From assembly GCA_964057225.1 (NCBI GenBank), contig OZ059899.1, positions 16,554,001 to 16,618,000 of the forward strand: DNA of 64,000 bases, given 5' to 3'. Below the pieces are notes generated by a model, which saw only the letters and a list, made by a program, of their open reading frames with translations, was not told the DNA's origin and made no database searches. The stretch is from Auanema rhodensis (lineage: Eukaryota > Animalia > Nematoda). Positions 16,221 to 31,166 of the stretch are shown here, piece after piece; the stretch's first letter is position 1, and the number at the start of each line of letters is the position of its first letter. The translations under genes were made by a program, and so were the position numbers.

Positions 16221-19200
16221 ATGGATGAATTTTCATTTCCATTTCCTCCGTATGATATACAGATTCAATTGATGACATCTATAAAAAACTGTATCGAACG
16301 CGGAAAGGTAATGAATGATCTCGTGATTTCTGTTTGAGTAGAAATATTCAGATCGGAATTTTTGAATCTCCAACAGGAACCGGAAAATCTCTCAGTGTGT
16401 TATGCTCGACTATGACATGGTTGAAAGAGCATGAAGGAAATACAGAAAAAGATCTTGTACAGAAGTCTGGACAGAAACTTCCTGAAGAAGACAGCGGTTT
16501 GTTTGAACTATGGTTTTTTTATTAAACATAACTATCAGAAGTTGATTGGATTGAAGCACATAAGAAGAGAAAGGAAATTACAAATATTATAAATGATGCC
16601 AAAGATAAATTAGAAATAAGAGATAAAATTAAAGAACGCATTATCAAAGCAAAAAATAGACAAAGTTCTTTGAATGAGAAGAAAAGGAAATATACAGATT
16701 ATCCTAAAGCTGATTCTGCTTCAACCGTTGATGATGTAAGAATCTAGCATATAGCTTAACTCGAAAATATTATAAAAAAATGCTACAGGATGCTGCCCCT
16801 GCTGAAACGTATGCTTCTGATGAAGAAGTTGTTGATGAAGTTCCACCAGAAGAACTGTCTACAATTAAAATCTTTTATGCGTCTAGGACCCATTCTCAGT
16901 TAGACCAATTAGTGGATGAATTAGGAAAAACTAAGTAAAATAATTTTTATAAAAAATTTGAAGCTCTTGTATTGAAGTTTTAAGCCACGACTTGTAACTA
17001 TTGGATCTCGTCAAGTATTGTGTACAAATGACGATGTTCAAAAGCTTAAGGTTTGCTTACAGCATTTCTTGATAAAACCTGATGTTTTTTTAAAAGTTAG
17101 CTGTCAATTTTAGATTGGCCATTTGATAAATGAGAAATGTATGGAACTTAGGAAGAAAGGCTGTGGTAGCAGTGGCGTTAAGAAAAGTGCAAACGAGAAT
17201 AAGGTAAACGATTGTAAAATACTTGTTTTATGTGAAGAATTCTCTGTTACAGGAGCCGGTGATCAAAAAAACGAATCAAGGTTGTTGCCACTATAAAGCA
17301 GATGCTATTGAAGAACTGGCTGATGGAATACTATCTGGTGACTTGAATCGAACCAGCAAGGTCTGATAAATAGTTTCTAGTGGATAATGGAAAATGTTTT
17401 AAGGTAATTTCCAGGGGGAAGCAAGCTAGCGCTTGTCCATACTTTGCGAGCAGGAAAGCAATTCCTCTCTGTGAATTAGTTTTGCTGCCTTATCAGGTAG
17501 TACAACGATGTTGACTGCATTGAGAGACCTGAAGATTTTTAGGTTATACTTCATGCTGCTACTAGAGAAGCATGGGGAATCAAGTTGGAAGGCAATGTTA
17601 TCATACTTGATGAAGCACATAATATTCTCCAGGCAATTGGTAGAACTATCAATATGTTCTATGTATCATTTATATTCTTTAGGCAGCTTATACTCGGCTG
17701 AAGTTTCACACAAAGCTTTATCTATGGCTTTGCAGCTCATCAGGCAATATATTGATACTTATAAGTAATCTCAATAACTGAGGAAACTGTTTCTTCCACG
17801 TGTTAATTTTCCAGAACTCGATTAAAAGCCAAAAACTTGCTATATATGAGACATCTAATGACTGTTGTCTCAGCCCTAGAACGATTTATTCAGTCCGATA
17901 ACTTTAAAGAAGATGAAGTGTTGACTATCCAAGCTTTGATTTTGAAGGTCTGAGCTCTTAGTCTTCTGCGTTGATCACTCACTTATAGCTAGGTTTAACG
18001 GAGATTAATCTTTTCAAATTGGTGCACTACATGGATGTCACTGATTTATGTAAAAAGTTCCATGGTTTCTATGTAAAAGCAAAGAAAAACAGTGTTAAAG
18101 CAGCCAATGTTGAGGTTAAAGTTAGTGGCTTAGCTAAACTACTGGCAAAAAAAAGTAAAACCCATTTCTAGAAGTCTTTTCATTTAAGTTTAATTTTACA
18201 GCTGGAATAGAAGACAGTAATACAGCTAGTCCGGAAACAAAAGAAAAAGATGCAGGGCCTGTCCCCTCTCCACTTTTTTCCATCAAATCGTTTCTAGAAG
18301 CTTTGAATAACAAATGTGATGACGGACGCGTCATTTTCGATAAAAAAAATTTGAAGTAAGGATGAATTGAAGATGGAGATTTGTAATTATGCTACAGGTA
18401 TCGTTATGTACTTCTAAATCCTGGAGAAAGGCTCTCACACATCACGGAACAAGCTCGAGCAACAATACTTGTAGGTGGCACAATGGAGCCAGCTGATTTA
18501 TTGGTTTACAGAAAAATCTTTGTTCTTAATTTTTATTGCTTGTCAGGTTAAAAGTCTGGCTCCCAAAGGCGACGAGTCAAGTATAGTGAGATTTTCGTGT
18601 CAACATGTGATCGACGATCATCAATTATTGCCATTAGCTGTGGGTGAGATAGAAAATAAGGGACTGACATACGAGAACTATAAACTATTTTCCAGTTCGA
18701 ACCGTTGACGAAAAACCGTTTACTTTAACATTTCAGACCAGAAATAATCCAAACGTAATAAATAGCTTAAAGTGAAAAATTTAAATAATATTTTAGATTA
18801 TTAGATCTCTTGGTTTAACAATTATTTCAATTATATCAGATGTACCTAATGGTTGTGTAGCTTTCTTTCCATCATATGATTACATGTTCTTTTTCTTTCA
18901 AAAAATGAAGGAAATGAACCTTACAGAGAAAATCAAGGTATGAAAAATGCATTCAATCAGTATCAGATTTAAATTTAGGAACAAAAAATGCTTTATTTGG
19001 AATCTAGAAATGCTACCGATGACATTTTTAATAAATTTGCTACGTCTGCGAAAACTGGAAAAGGTGCTCTACTTTGTGCCGTTACAGGAGGAAAACTTAG
19101 TGAAGGTCTTAACACAGACAAATAACTATACGCATAAATAACGTGCTTTAAGGCATTAACTTCAGTGATGACTTGGGTAGAGGAGTTATCATGATTGGCC

Positions 19201-19809
19201 TACCTTATCCAAATAAGAATAGTGTAGAACTGAAAGAAAAAATGAGGGTAGAAATTGACTGGAAGTTTTAAAAAAGATTAAAACATTTTCAGTTCCTTGA
19301 TGAGCATATTACTGGTGGAGGAAAAAAATTATATGATTCATTGTGCATGCATGCAGTAAACCAAGCGGTTGGTCGAGCTATTCGTCACAGAAGAGATTAT
19401 GCCGCAGTATATTTGATTGATGAACGGTAAAGATTTGCTTCAAGGTTTTTAAACATCGTGGTTATGGGGCAAGAGAACTAATTATGGAGAATGTATGAGG
19501 ATAGGAATGCACAACCGATTCATGGCTCACCAACGCTAAATGAAAATCGCATATTCTTTGGAGTATGCTAATTTGTAAAAGTGCGCTTCTGTTGAAAAAT
19601 CGATAGAGAAGAGAGAGTGGAAAAACTTTTTTTCGCATAAATAGTACAATTTACGTGTAAGAGAAATGTAGGATAACAAATTAGTTTTGTATTTACAGAT
19701 TTTCGACGCCAAACATAAGATCACAACTATCTGGATGGATTGGAAACCGTCTGAAAACACCGTGTTCTTTCAAGGAAGTCATTCAGAGCACAAGACTATT
19801 TTTCAGTAA
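16221..19809 (+). CDS. chl-1: DDX11/Chl1 Fe-S DNA helicase (multi-exon)
   Basis: [60 protein letters not shown]. Confidence 0.95.
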
Positions 19810-20040
19810 TACAAAATTGAAATCATAATAGAAATAATAGAAATAGTTTATACATTTCATGTTTATCTTGCACAGCTGAAATTCGGGATTCTGTGCATGC
19901 ACATTTGAATGATATAAATGATTGTAATCGTTTTAATTGTGAAGGGAATATAATGCAAACTGAAACAAAACTACGATGAATAGACGAATTCGAGATACAG
20001 ATGGGGACAGATGAGGCATCCTATGTTGAGATTTTTGTGC

Positions 20041-21097
20041 TCAACTCAAACTAGAAATAGCGTGCACAAGTTGATTTGTTGCTGATGTTAGATGTCCTAA
20101 AGATTTAACGCAGATGGATTTATCGGAGTGAGTGTTTGATAGCATGATATCATTAAGACAATCTGATAAGGAAGTTAAAACCTGAAATCTCAATTTCTTT
20201 CAATTTAGCTGGACAACCAATTTACCTGTTGAAGTTCAGTCGAGATAAGTTGAGAATGATACACACTTGAAGAGGCCATGACTTCCAAGGCAGATCCACA
20301 TAAACAATCAACAGCATCAGTAATCTGGAAGAGAAAATACAACTTTGCAGCGCTATTTCTAGTAAGTTTTCGTACCTCAGCTACCAATGCCTGCCATTTA
20401 CAATCATCTGGGTTGATGTTAACTCTAAAAGAAAAGTATTTTTCATGTTTTTCTATATTGTCTGATTATCAGTCAAATTATATTATATTATTCTTGTCAA
20501 AATATCACTTACTGGGCTAATTCTCTGGCGACGCTAGCTGTACGTTTGCCATCTTCTAATAAACGATGGCTGCTGTTTTCATCTCCTTTGTATGGTGGAC
20601 TTGATTGTTTATTGAAAGTTGAAATTCTATGTGTTAAAGCAGAGATCCTTAAACATGTAAAACATATATTATTGGCTGCAACAAGATGTTGAAACCTTTG
20701 CAAAGCCGAGCTTATATCAAGTACTTCTTCTGTTGGAGCTGTTAGCCTTTTGGTAGGTGAATCTGTTATATCATTGGATAACAAGCTTCGTCTTCGAGAG
20801 GAATACAAGTTAATGAGAGAGCTGGATGTTGTCGATGATTTCCATGATGGCAATGAAAGTTCTCTTCAAAAGAATATATTTTCAGTTCATTTTATGAGGT
20901 TGTGTGTAGCTTACGCGATTTGATCTCTCTTTGAAGGATCTAATCCAGTGAATTCCTTGAGAGACATTCGACGAACAGCTACCGGAGCATCATCAGACTG
21001 CAAAACATATAAAATAAGGAAGATGTAACATCATATTATTAGATCTCAAGCGATTTATAAACAACACTCGTCCATCTCACTCAACTTCAGTTTTCAT
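20041..21097 (-). CDS. Uncharacterised multi-exon protein (about 230 aa) with a C-terminal amphipathic helical region
   Basis: Exons join in frame through GT-AG introns (...RRMSLKEFTGLDP...WQALVAEITDAVDCLCG...NQLVHAISSLS*). The first micro-exon (MKTE) is tentative. Confidence 0.6.
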
Positions 21098-24000
21098 TAA
21101 CAAAAATAAAATCAAAAAAATAAAGAAAGCTTAAAGCTTAGTTTTGACGGTCATTGGCATAAGTTTTTTCTTTTATTTTGTTAAATTCTATACAACTTTT
21201 AGTTTTTTTTTATTTTAAAAATGTTAAAAAAATTGAAAATTTGATTATAATATAAATAAAACGAAAAGTTTTCAATTCAATACTTAAAATATTTTAAAAT
21301 TCGATGTTAAAAACTTCATTTCTTAGATTAAATAATTTAAAATTTCATCTTTTTCGAACTTTTGAAATTGAAGAAACATATAAATCCTTTTTTCTAATTT
21401 TATTCTCAATTCATTCAATTAAAAGAAATAAATTTGACCTTGTTCTTCAAATAAAATTCAAAAATAAACTTTCATTAATTGAATTTCGATGATAAATTAA
21501 AGGAAATATGTTTCTAATTTGTATCAAATATTGGATTTTTTAATTTAATTTTCATCTTTTTTTTTCAGAAAAGGTTTTTCATGTACATTATATGACATCT
21601 AACCATTCTGCACAAGATGCTTCTTCTACTTTGCCTCGATCTCTTTCTCTATTACCCCTATTCCCCTCAAACTAGCTTCCAATAATTCTTTTTCCTTAAA
21701 TGGAATTTATTTAATTATAGCTCAATGATCAAATTCCGAAATATCTGAGTTTTTAGTTGAAAGATACATATGTATGTATGTGAGAAGATAATTATTCAAT
21801 AGAAGCTTTAAAGGTGCCCATGAGCTATGGCTTGGTTTTCTTTATTTTTTCAGGAAAAAAGTTTGAGATGGATGAACTAATTATCAACTTTATCCTTTTA
21901 AAGATAAACAACAGCAAATGCTTTTATAAGATCTTGATAGGCACAAGTGGACTTTGAACTTGGTTTGATATCATTTTTCAAATTCACCTTGATAACTTTG
22001 AGTAAACCCTCAATATTTCATATTTTTGTACATAGAAAAAGTAAATAAAATGTGATTTATTATTATTTTAATTTAAAAATGTTTCTAATCTGTTTTTTCT
22101 AATCTGTTTTTTCTTTTTTTTTTAATTTTCTTTCGTCATCAACTTCAATTTTCATTTGTTGTTTCCCTCATATTTTACTTTTTTTTCAGTACCATGAGTA
22201 TATGATGATGATCATCATCAACTTCTCTCTCTCTCTCCCTCTCTCTCTCTCAATCTCTCCCTCTATCTATCTCTCTGTCCCCCTCTCTCTCTCGATCTCT
22301 TTCTCTCTCTTCGCTACGATGAGCATGTTCCGGCTTTCAAACCGCTTGCACCAAAACTTGCCCGACGAAGGTCATAAGTCTGACGGAAAAAATGATTTTC
22401 TAATTTCCGTTGGAATAAACCAAATATACTGGAAATGAAGTTTAAGAAGATTTTAAAAGAAAAACTCTTTCGTGTCGAAATTCTGTAATGCTGACAACTT
22501 TGACTCACATGAAAAACTCGAAGCTTCAGCTTCTCGATCATCAACTCTCTTTCTACATGAACTACATCATCTTTCTCATCATCATCATCATCATCTTTCC
22601 GTCACCCCACTGCTTCTTTCGTATTCCCTCTCGCCTACTCCTTCCTTTCCCTCTTTTTCTCTTTCTTTGCGTCTTTTTTAGTAATAACAAACGCATTCTC
22701 CTAGATATATATATATATATATATAAGAAAAAGAGTTGAAAAGAAAAAGAAGCTGATGATGAAGAAGAAAAAGTTGAATATGATGATGATTATGAGATCC
22801 ATCAGACTCGACATATCTTCACTTTTCTGATCCTTGAGCACAATAACTATCTCTTGAACCAGTTACCAACCCTTGAGGCAATGCCAGGAGCATTACTTAA
22901 ACACTGGGTATTTACCAACTCATTGAGTAACTCTATTCTTTTACTTCCTGTACTATTACTTCTCACAGAACTAAAAGTTAGATAATCAATTTACCACATA
23001 TACTCTGACACTCTACACAACGTCTATGGCATCTGTATCTGTGTCTCATAAGACTAACATTCGACAATGCTCCTGTTGTCGTAGATAATGACCAGATGTA
23101 GGAGGTTAAAGTTCCAGAAGTTTCGAAAGACGGCTTAAGTGTTCTTGTTTGATTTAGACAGTTAGATCGAAAGTGAGCATCTGTTTCCGATGTGTGATGT
23201 TCTGCTTCGTCATCATGCATTGTATTCGTAGATGATGCAAACAAGCTGATTACAGATTTTGTTCATTCCCCTCCATATTCATCATACACATCCCACCAAC
23301 AAAGTACTATCGGATGAATCTTGCGTACTTATGAAGGACAGATGAAGAAAGAGTTGAAAGTTCAGATGTTATGTACTTCATCGTTCTCATCATCAGCTTC
23401 ATAATTTTGTTGTTTCAATCCTTCTTTGTCATTCTATACCATCCAAATTTCAAAATTCAATTCATTTTATAGCCTTAAGGCATGTAAAGCTGTATGTTTT
23501 CATCTATTTATCAGAAGAAAAACAGAAGCTAAAGTGGAAATACAGAGACCGACTTTGTCAATTCGGAACAAGGAGGAAGAGAGAATGCCAAGCTGTGCTT
23601 GATGATCAATATGAAGATGTCAATGAATGTAGTTGTGGCGAGCTTTCTAATCAAACAATATGAGTATGGCGGTTTAGTGGTATGTCGCATGGACTCTGCT
23701 TTAGCTGGCTGTTGATGCTTAGCTATTTCTAAGCAGCATCCGAAACTTGCATACGGTCAGTGATGTCGAAATTCGAATATAAAAATAATTTTGTTTTCAT
23801 ATAATATGGCCCGAGAAAAGTAGATTGAAGTGAGTTTCTCACTATATTCAAAATATCTGAGGTTTAAACATTCCTTCCAATTTTTTTTGACTTAAAAACC
23901 AAATTGTATTTTTCTATGAACTTGCTGTCATTTTTCAATACAAATTTCACAAAAATGCCAAAATTGGTCATAAAGAATATCCAACTTGAAAAACTTGGTG

Positions 24001-25657
24001 AAGTACAAGCATGAGAGAGAATATAATGAAAATAACTGAGTGATATTGCTAGAAAAGACAAACAGAATGTAAGAGACCTTTGGAAGAGAGAGCAGCAGTG
24101 ACCGTACCAAAGTAAAACAGAGACAGTTTAAGCAAAACTGATGTTTTTTGATAATTTGTTATGGATACTGAGCACACGATAACTGGAGCAGCTTATCTGT
24201 ATCTCTGGGGAAACATCGATCTATTCGGCTTTGAAGAATAAGAATACAGACGACTAGTCGTCTTTCTTTTCTTCTGGTAACATATCTCTCCAGTTTTCTT
24301 TTGTTTTTTGCTTTATACTAAAATTCAAACAGTCCTTAACATTGATGAACATATAGAACAACTTTTGAATATATCGTTGAGGCTTTTCTTTTAAAAATTT
24401 ATTTCCATCAATATTAAGCATTGATTGATTTTTTATCAAAAGATTATGGGAAACTAACAACTAAAAGAATTCAAACTTAGGAATTATTCAACTTCATTGG
24501 AAGAATATGCATGATATACCACGCTGCGAAATAACATTTGAAAAAACAAAAGCAGTTGTCCGAGTATGTTCTTGAAGTTTTGCTTATGCAAGTACTTTAG
24601 GTTCAAATGATTGCCGACATCAAAAAAACTTGAGGAAAATCGTATTGTGTTTACCTATTACCACGTATTCATTCTCATTCCAAAATGTGTTGAGATTAAG
24701 ATAAGAAGAGAAAGATGAGAAAGACACAATGCATGTTGTATGTAGCTGAATGTGAAACAGCGACGCCTGTTGAAAGGCGATAAGAAGTATAATGAATGAG
24801 TTCCATCATCAAAGTGGTCACAACTCCTCCTCAATAACATTAAAATTCGTTGAAATATCAAACGTTATCTCATGAAGATAGATTATTGATTATTCTCTCT
24901 CTCTCTCTCTCTTGTTTCATTTATAATTTACTTCAAATCATAGTAGAGTATAGTAGATAATGAATGAATAAGTACTGTTGAGGATATGATTACAATGAGT
25001 GCAAAATCAAGTTCAAAGAATAAGTTCGTTGTATTCAATCAAACTAATTGTATTTTGTTTTTTTTTGTTTTCTTTTCAATTAATGGAATTTCTTTTCAAA
25101 AATCAAATTATTTTGATTTGAATTCAATCAATAGTCGATTAATTAGAAAATCATTAGATATGCCAGAGATTTCATTTTTAAAAATAAAAATGTGAAGAAC
25201 GGTTGATTATATGCTTTTCAACTCTCTTATCTCGTTTATTTTCCTTTTACTTCACTTATATTCTTTCTTTTTTCTTTTATTTAAAGAAGAAAATGAAAAA
25301 TATTGAAATAGCATGATGGTCAGTAATCTAGCTTTTTCTTTTAACCTTCTGCGATATATGAAGAAGTTGTTTTAAGAATGAAAGAACAGAAAAAAAAGGA
25401 AAAACGTAGAAATATTCTGTATAAGCTGTCACTTTTTCAAATGCCATCAAGATGAAGTAGATTTCCTTTCAAATTTTTTTGCTTCCTATTTGTTGAGGAA
25501 CAACAAAGAAAATCTGAAACAATACCAAAGAAAATGACAGCAGTACTTTCGTTTGGTAATGGAAAATCGACCGGAAATCTTTAAACATTTTGTGTTATAA
25601 CATACTAAGATGAAACACAAAATCCATGAAATGTTCTAATCAACACATAGAGAAAGT

Positions 25658-25702
<45 letters not shown>

Positions 25703-25754
25703 AGCGACGGTGAAATAAGCTGAAAATATAAGGAGTTTTATTCATTGAAGTCAG

Positions 25755-25799
<45 letters not shown>

Positions 25800-28700
25800 A
25801 GACAAGGCTTGCTCTTGGATTTAGTTGAAGCATAGCATGATATGAATAGGACACGAGGTGAAAAGACTAAATAAAAATCCAATATGGCAAGTCTGCTGCA
25901 GTCAACGTATACTATACAAAGACCCCAGCTATTTCAAGAAAAAAAAATTTATTTTTCCAGTTTTAAAGTCTTCATACAACACATAAGCAAAAGCCATACA
26001 CATTTTTATGAAAAGAGACATTGAATATGGAATATAAGATGAATACAATTCAAAATACCTGGTCACATATGGAATTGGAACGACGTAGAAAATCTTCAAT
26101 ATCTTTTCGATCCATTCTGAAAAAAAAGAAGAAAAAGTTTAATTGACATAACTATGGTACAAAAGAGATATGAGAGATATACACATATGCTCAAATAACA
26201 TCAATGCTGTAACGGAACAAGTTATAAAAATGCTCAAGTTAATAGAAGGAAGTACAGACGATGTGCGTTAATTTCAGCAATTTTCAGACAGATTGCTCGG
26301 CTAACTCTGTGAGAGTATTGTTTATTGCTTTGGTGTCAATGAGATCAAAATACTTTTCATGTTTTCAAATGATTATTAGAGAATGATTGTAAAAGAAATA
26401 ACGGAAGATTGGATGAGGGTACGAGCTAGCGAAACTCAAGATGACATGCAAAAGAGAGAGAGAGAGAGAGCAACATGAGTGTAGAGAGGCTCAAATGAAG
26501 GGACGGCAAGCAGAAGGCTGTTGCGAAGCATAAAAATTGGAAAAACAAGTCGTCATGTGGCCAAATGTGAAACAAAGATGGGAAGATATACTATGCTTTC
26601 TACTCTCTCTATCTCTCTCTCTCTCTCCCTCTTACTATTCTCAAGATGTGAAATCTGAAACATATTGGATGATAGTCAGTCCACAATGATCATTCTCTCT
26701 ATAAGGCTTCCATAATCTGATATCAGTTGTTGAAGCCACGTACAAACGTTGGCAAAGACAATGGGTGGGAGCATGAGCTAAGAGGACAACGAAGTATATA
26801 GAAATATGGATAAAGACAAAAGATATTCATCGTTGTCTTTATGGAATTAGGAGGTAAGGGAGAAAGAGAGAGAGAGAGAGAGCAAAAGAGAGAGACAGAG
26901 AAGGAAACATAATGCGGAAGTCTATTTGGATCACGTTTGAAAACGGCTTCACGATGATATTTTCCAAAAAGTGAGTGCTAGTTCGAACAAAAAAAAAACT
27001 TCTTTATGGACAAATGAACGCAACTTATTAAGAAAATGTATAAGACATATATAGAGAACATAACATCTAGTGAATATGGACAGGCTTATGAATAAGCAAT
27101 AATGTCAAATGATGATTCCACATTGGCTTTTCCATCTTATTTCACTGGCTCTACTGTGATAGTCAACGTGCTCTGAATGAGAGACGCTCATCCGTTCAAT
27201 CTATTCTATACTTTAAACTCATCATATATTCAGAGCGCTTATCATTATCGACAAAGTCAGAGTTATTGCCAACAGAGTGGGAGCAGATGAGACGAGATGA
27301 TGTTGCTACTGCTACTTCTACTGCCAGTGATACTGCTACTGCTTCCACTACTACATCAAACAGAATGCTGTCAACAGATGTCAATGAGTTTAATCATGCC
27401 AATTCGGAGTGAATGAAGCATGGGTGGAAGAGGGAGGGAACGTCCTGATGGCAGAGCAAGATGAACTAGACGACAGTGATAGTGCTTTCCGACAAAGAGA
27501 TCACAAGAAGGCGTCGTGTCGGCGTGGTCCACGTCAAAGTTGTGGCCGTCTGATACGTCATCGGAACGGCTTAGTTTACAACAGCCGTCTAGGTTCCCCG
27601 GCCATATGATCAGCATTAAAAATCTGTTAAGTGGATAAAGTAGTTGCCACGAGTAAAATTGACACAAATGATTTTCAAAAAATAGCTGATCGCTTGTGCA
27701 AAACTCTGGCAATTCACTACTTTCTTTCACCGATTTTTCACTTTTTATTTCTTATTCGAACCGAAAAATGAAGTATTTCTGACTTGATAACCTGATACGT
27801 TGGAGAAAAAATTGCAAAAAACAAAAAAACAAGTAGCGATGTTCTTAGAAGTTCTGCCTACACCTCATGAGAATGAAATTAGTAGATCAAAAGAAAAAGA
27901 AAAAGAGAATTACTAGGAAGTAAAGAATCAAGAGCTAGGAGTAGTGTACTTTCATACAATTCTGAAACAATCGTTCCTGAATAGCTACCGAATTAAGATT
28001 TTTTTCAAAGTTTCAGAAGAAGTAGAGGAACGAAAGTCACGCACACACGTACACATACTTGACGACGGAAATGAGATGACATTAGATGCTGATGATGGGC
28101 ATCTGGAGAAAATATAGTGCAATTGTCTTGCGAAGTCGTCAATGTAGACAAGTAGTAAGGCAGCGAATAAGGCAGCGAAAATGAAAAACAGCAAAACGGA
28201 AAATGGAAACGAAGCTGATGGATGAAAGAGTGAAGAGCAGAGAACGGGAAGGAGGAAAAGCTGTAATCACTTTCTTAATGCAAAACTTGAAAGTTTGATG
28301 ATCGAAGCTGTCGATTGGGCGTCGATGATGCGAGGAGTATTGGGACAATGGGGGGTGTGTTGGTTGGGCTGGTGGGTGGAGAGAGCAAGCCATGCTGCTG
28401 GTGAAAAACATGGCGTCGAAACTCGGATAACATAGCTATGCCTGAATTTCAACCGAGATTAGATGGTGTCAATGAAGTGGACTATGCGATGAGGCAAGTA
28501 CGAGACGCTAATATCTTTCAGAACATATAAGCAGACGATGTGAGCCGACAGCTCCGAGACTCTTTTGGTTGGGAACAGCCATACTCCAAAGCCAGCACTA
28601 GCAGATGAACAATAGTCATAAGTTCTTGACAACGTCACATTTGGTATTGGGCATTGGAGAAGCATGCAACAAACCATGCTGTCTGGTTTGCAGAGCACAG

Positions 28701-30056
28701 AGATAAATAACTTTAGAATAACGAATCGAGAGAGGCGGGATTTCATGCTGCTAGGAAGGGGTGGAGCAAAATGGACGCCAGGCCAGCACAATCGTTGGTT
28801 TTGGTTTGCTTCAATTGCTTTAAGTTTAGAAGATGATGAGATCAATTGAAATTAGGAGCATTAAAAATAATGAAAAGCTAGAGCAATCGGATAATTCTGA
28901 GCCTGAGCTTCAGGGCACGAATAGCAGGGCCTCAGAAAATACAACAGTGATATGTCTCGAACAACGAATCTTGAGGAGAGAGTTCCAAAAAAAAAAAGTA
29001 ACGATCCAACGAGTTTGAGATGTGTATGTGGATGAGCCGACATATCCGGAAAGCTCGTCGAGGCAAAAAATTGATGGAAAGTACAAGGATTTGGAAGTAT
29101 ACCAGAATACACTGTAGCCGATGAAGCAGAAAGAGAAGTAATACAAGATGATTGGCAACAAGGTGATCCAATCGAAAATCAGATGAAAAAGAAGGAGATA
29201 TAAATAAGTTACGTCATGAGTACTTCTGAATTCACTTCCTACATTACATCTTGCAGCCTTATTCTTAGAATAGAATCTTATAAATCTGTGGATGGCGCCG
29301 CACAGCATCCGTAAGTACATGGATGAGACTTTCAGTAAAATTTTCGGCAAATAAAGATGTGAATAGTATTTTAGAGTAAGTTATACAGAAAAGAAGTAAA
29401 GGGAGAATAAGAGATAGAAAAGAATGAGAGAGAAGAGCTGAAAGAATATGTTTTACCAAAAACTTTTTCTGAATGATCTAAGATAAGCGAATGAGTACTA
29501 GAACGACGAAAGCAACAGACGATAACGATAATGACAACGACGACAACGAGAATATGAAGGATGAGGAGAATAACGTTCGAATAGAGATGAAACATTGCTG
29601 TCAAATACATAAATAGAAAAGAAGAAGTTGATGCAAAGTTCAAAAAACAGGAATATTATAGGAGTTGAAAGATCCTCATATGAATGCTGAAAAATGAATT
29701 TGAACCTAATTAGGTGATTTCTAATGAGATGAACAGATTGCAAGAAACAGATTTTAAGAACAAAATTTGACTAATTTGTCATATGAAATCAAGTAATCCG
29801 CTTTTTGCTTTTCTACTCTGCTCAGAAAAAATTTTCTTTAAACGAACGAAATAAGCTTAAAAAAGCATTAAAAAGCAAGTAAAAAGTAGAAAATATGTGA
29901 GATAAAGAAGGAAAAAAACAATAAAAATGACTAGAAACACAAGAAAAAGAGGAACTGGAGTAATAGAAAAAGAATCAAAACGACATAAATACGATACAAT
30001 TCTTGAAGATGTTCTTTGAGGCCACCCATGTTCCTTCCGTTTTCGAAGAAAGACAT

Positions 30057-30127
<71 letters not shown>

Positions 30128-30137
30128 AAGGGAGAGA
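30057..30137. repeat. (AG)n microsatellite
   Basis: Directly visible; similar tracts near 2165, 22225, 25660, 25760, 32870, 33792, 34500, 51550 and 54911. Confidence 0.95.
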
Positions 30138-31123
30138 ATGACAAAAACAATTGACAGAATCGTCAATTGAAGAAAATCTTAGAAGTTCTCAGAAGCAAAT
30201 ACTAGCTTCAATGACAAAGTTGAGTAAGCATTTCTTTAAGAAAATGAGAAAAATTAAACTACAGACTACAGACTTATAGGTCAAAAAAGATTTACTTATC
30301 AATACAATTTCTCTTATAAATAACTTTTTTTAAATCTTTTTCTCTATAAAACAAAAAAAAATATTTTTATTTGAATATTACTTTATTTGAAAATACCATA
30401 ATCACAATTGAAATCAGACATTTGTCTGGAAAATCATTGGAAAACAGGTTATAATGCACATTGTAACCTATAATCAAATATTATACTTAAGTGTCTCCTT
30501 GAGCATTATCTGTGCCAATTTCTGGAGTTTTGAGATAATGCTAGAAAGAGAGAAAGAGAGAAAGATGAAAAGAGAGAAAGAGATTGAGAAAGGAAGAGGT
30601 GAGCACCAAAATCTCTTTGAGTTGGCCATTTTCTTCAAAAATATTTTTAGTAAAATATTGATAATTATCAGAGAAAAAGGATAAACAGTGCAGGATTGGG
30701 CAATAGATTTGATATAAATCAAACATCAATATTTCAAATATATTTATAAAGAAAAGATTAAGATAATCTAATATATAAATTGTATAATTATAAATAATTT
30801 CCATGAATTCATTAATGAAAAAATTAGAAATATTGTTGTTGTTCTCAATAGAATTTTAATTATAAAATATTTTAAAATATCAAAAAACGAATATAAAAAT
30901 AATTTGTTTTGTTAAGTTGAGTTAAAGATCTTAAAAAGATAAAATATACTTGATAAGCATAAAAGGTAAGTTGTACATCTTAAAACCTTTTCCAACTTCT
31001 TTCATTTAGAACATAAAATGAAATTTAAAGCAACTGAGATATGGATAAATAATCTGACGACGACAAATGTCTATAGTACATATGATTTTACTATTACTTC
31101 TACTTCTAATACTGCTGCTATAC

Positions 31124-31124
<1 letters not shown>

Positions 31125-31166
<42 letters not shown>
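31125..31166. repeat. (GAC)n trinucleotide repeat
   Basis: Directly visible. Confidence 0.9.

Noticed and set aside
25660-25797. Adjacent (AG)n and (CT)n tracts forming an inverted repeat
   Set aside because: Expected by chance at this microsatellite density; no TSD or unique TIR.
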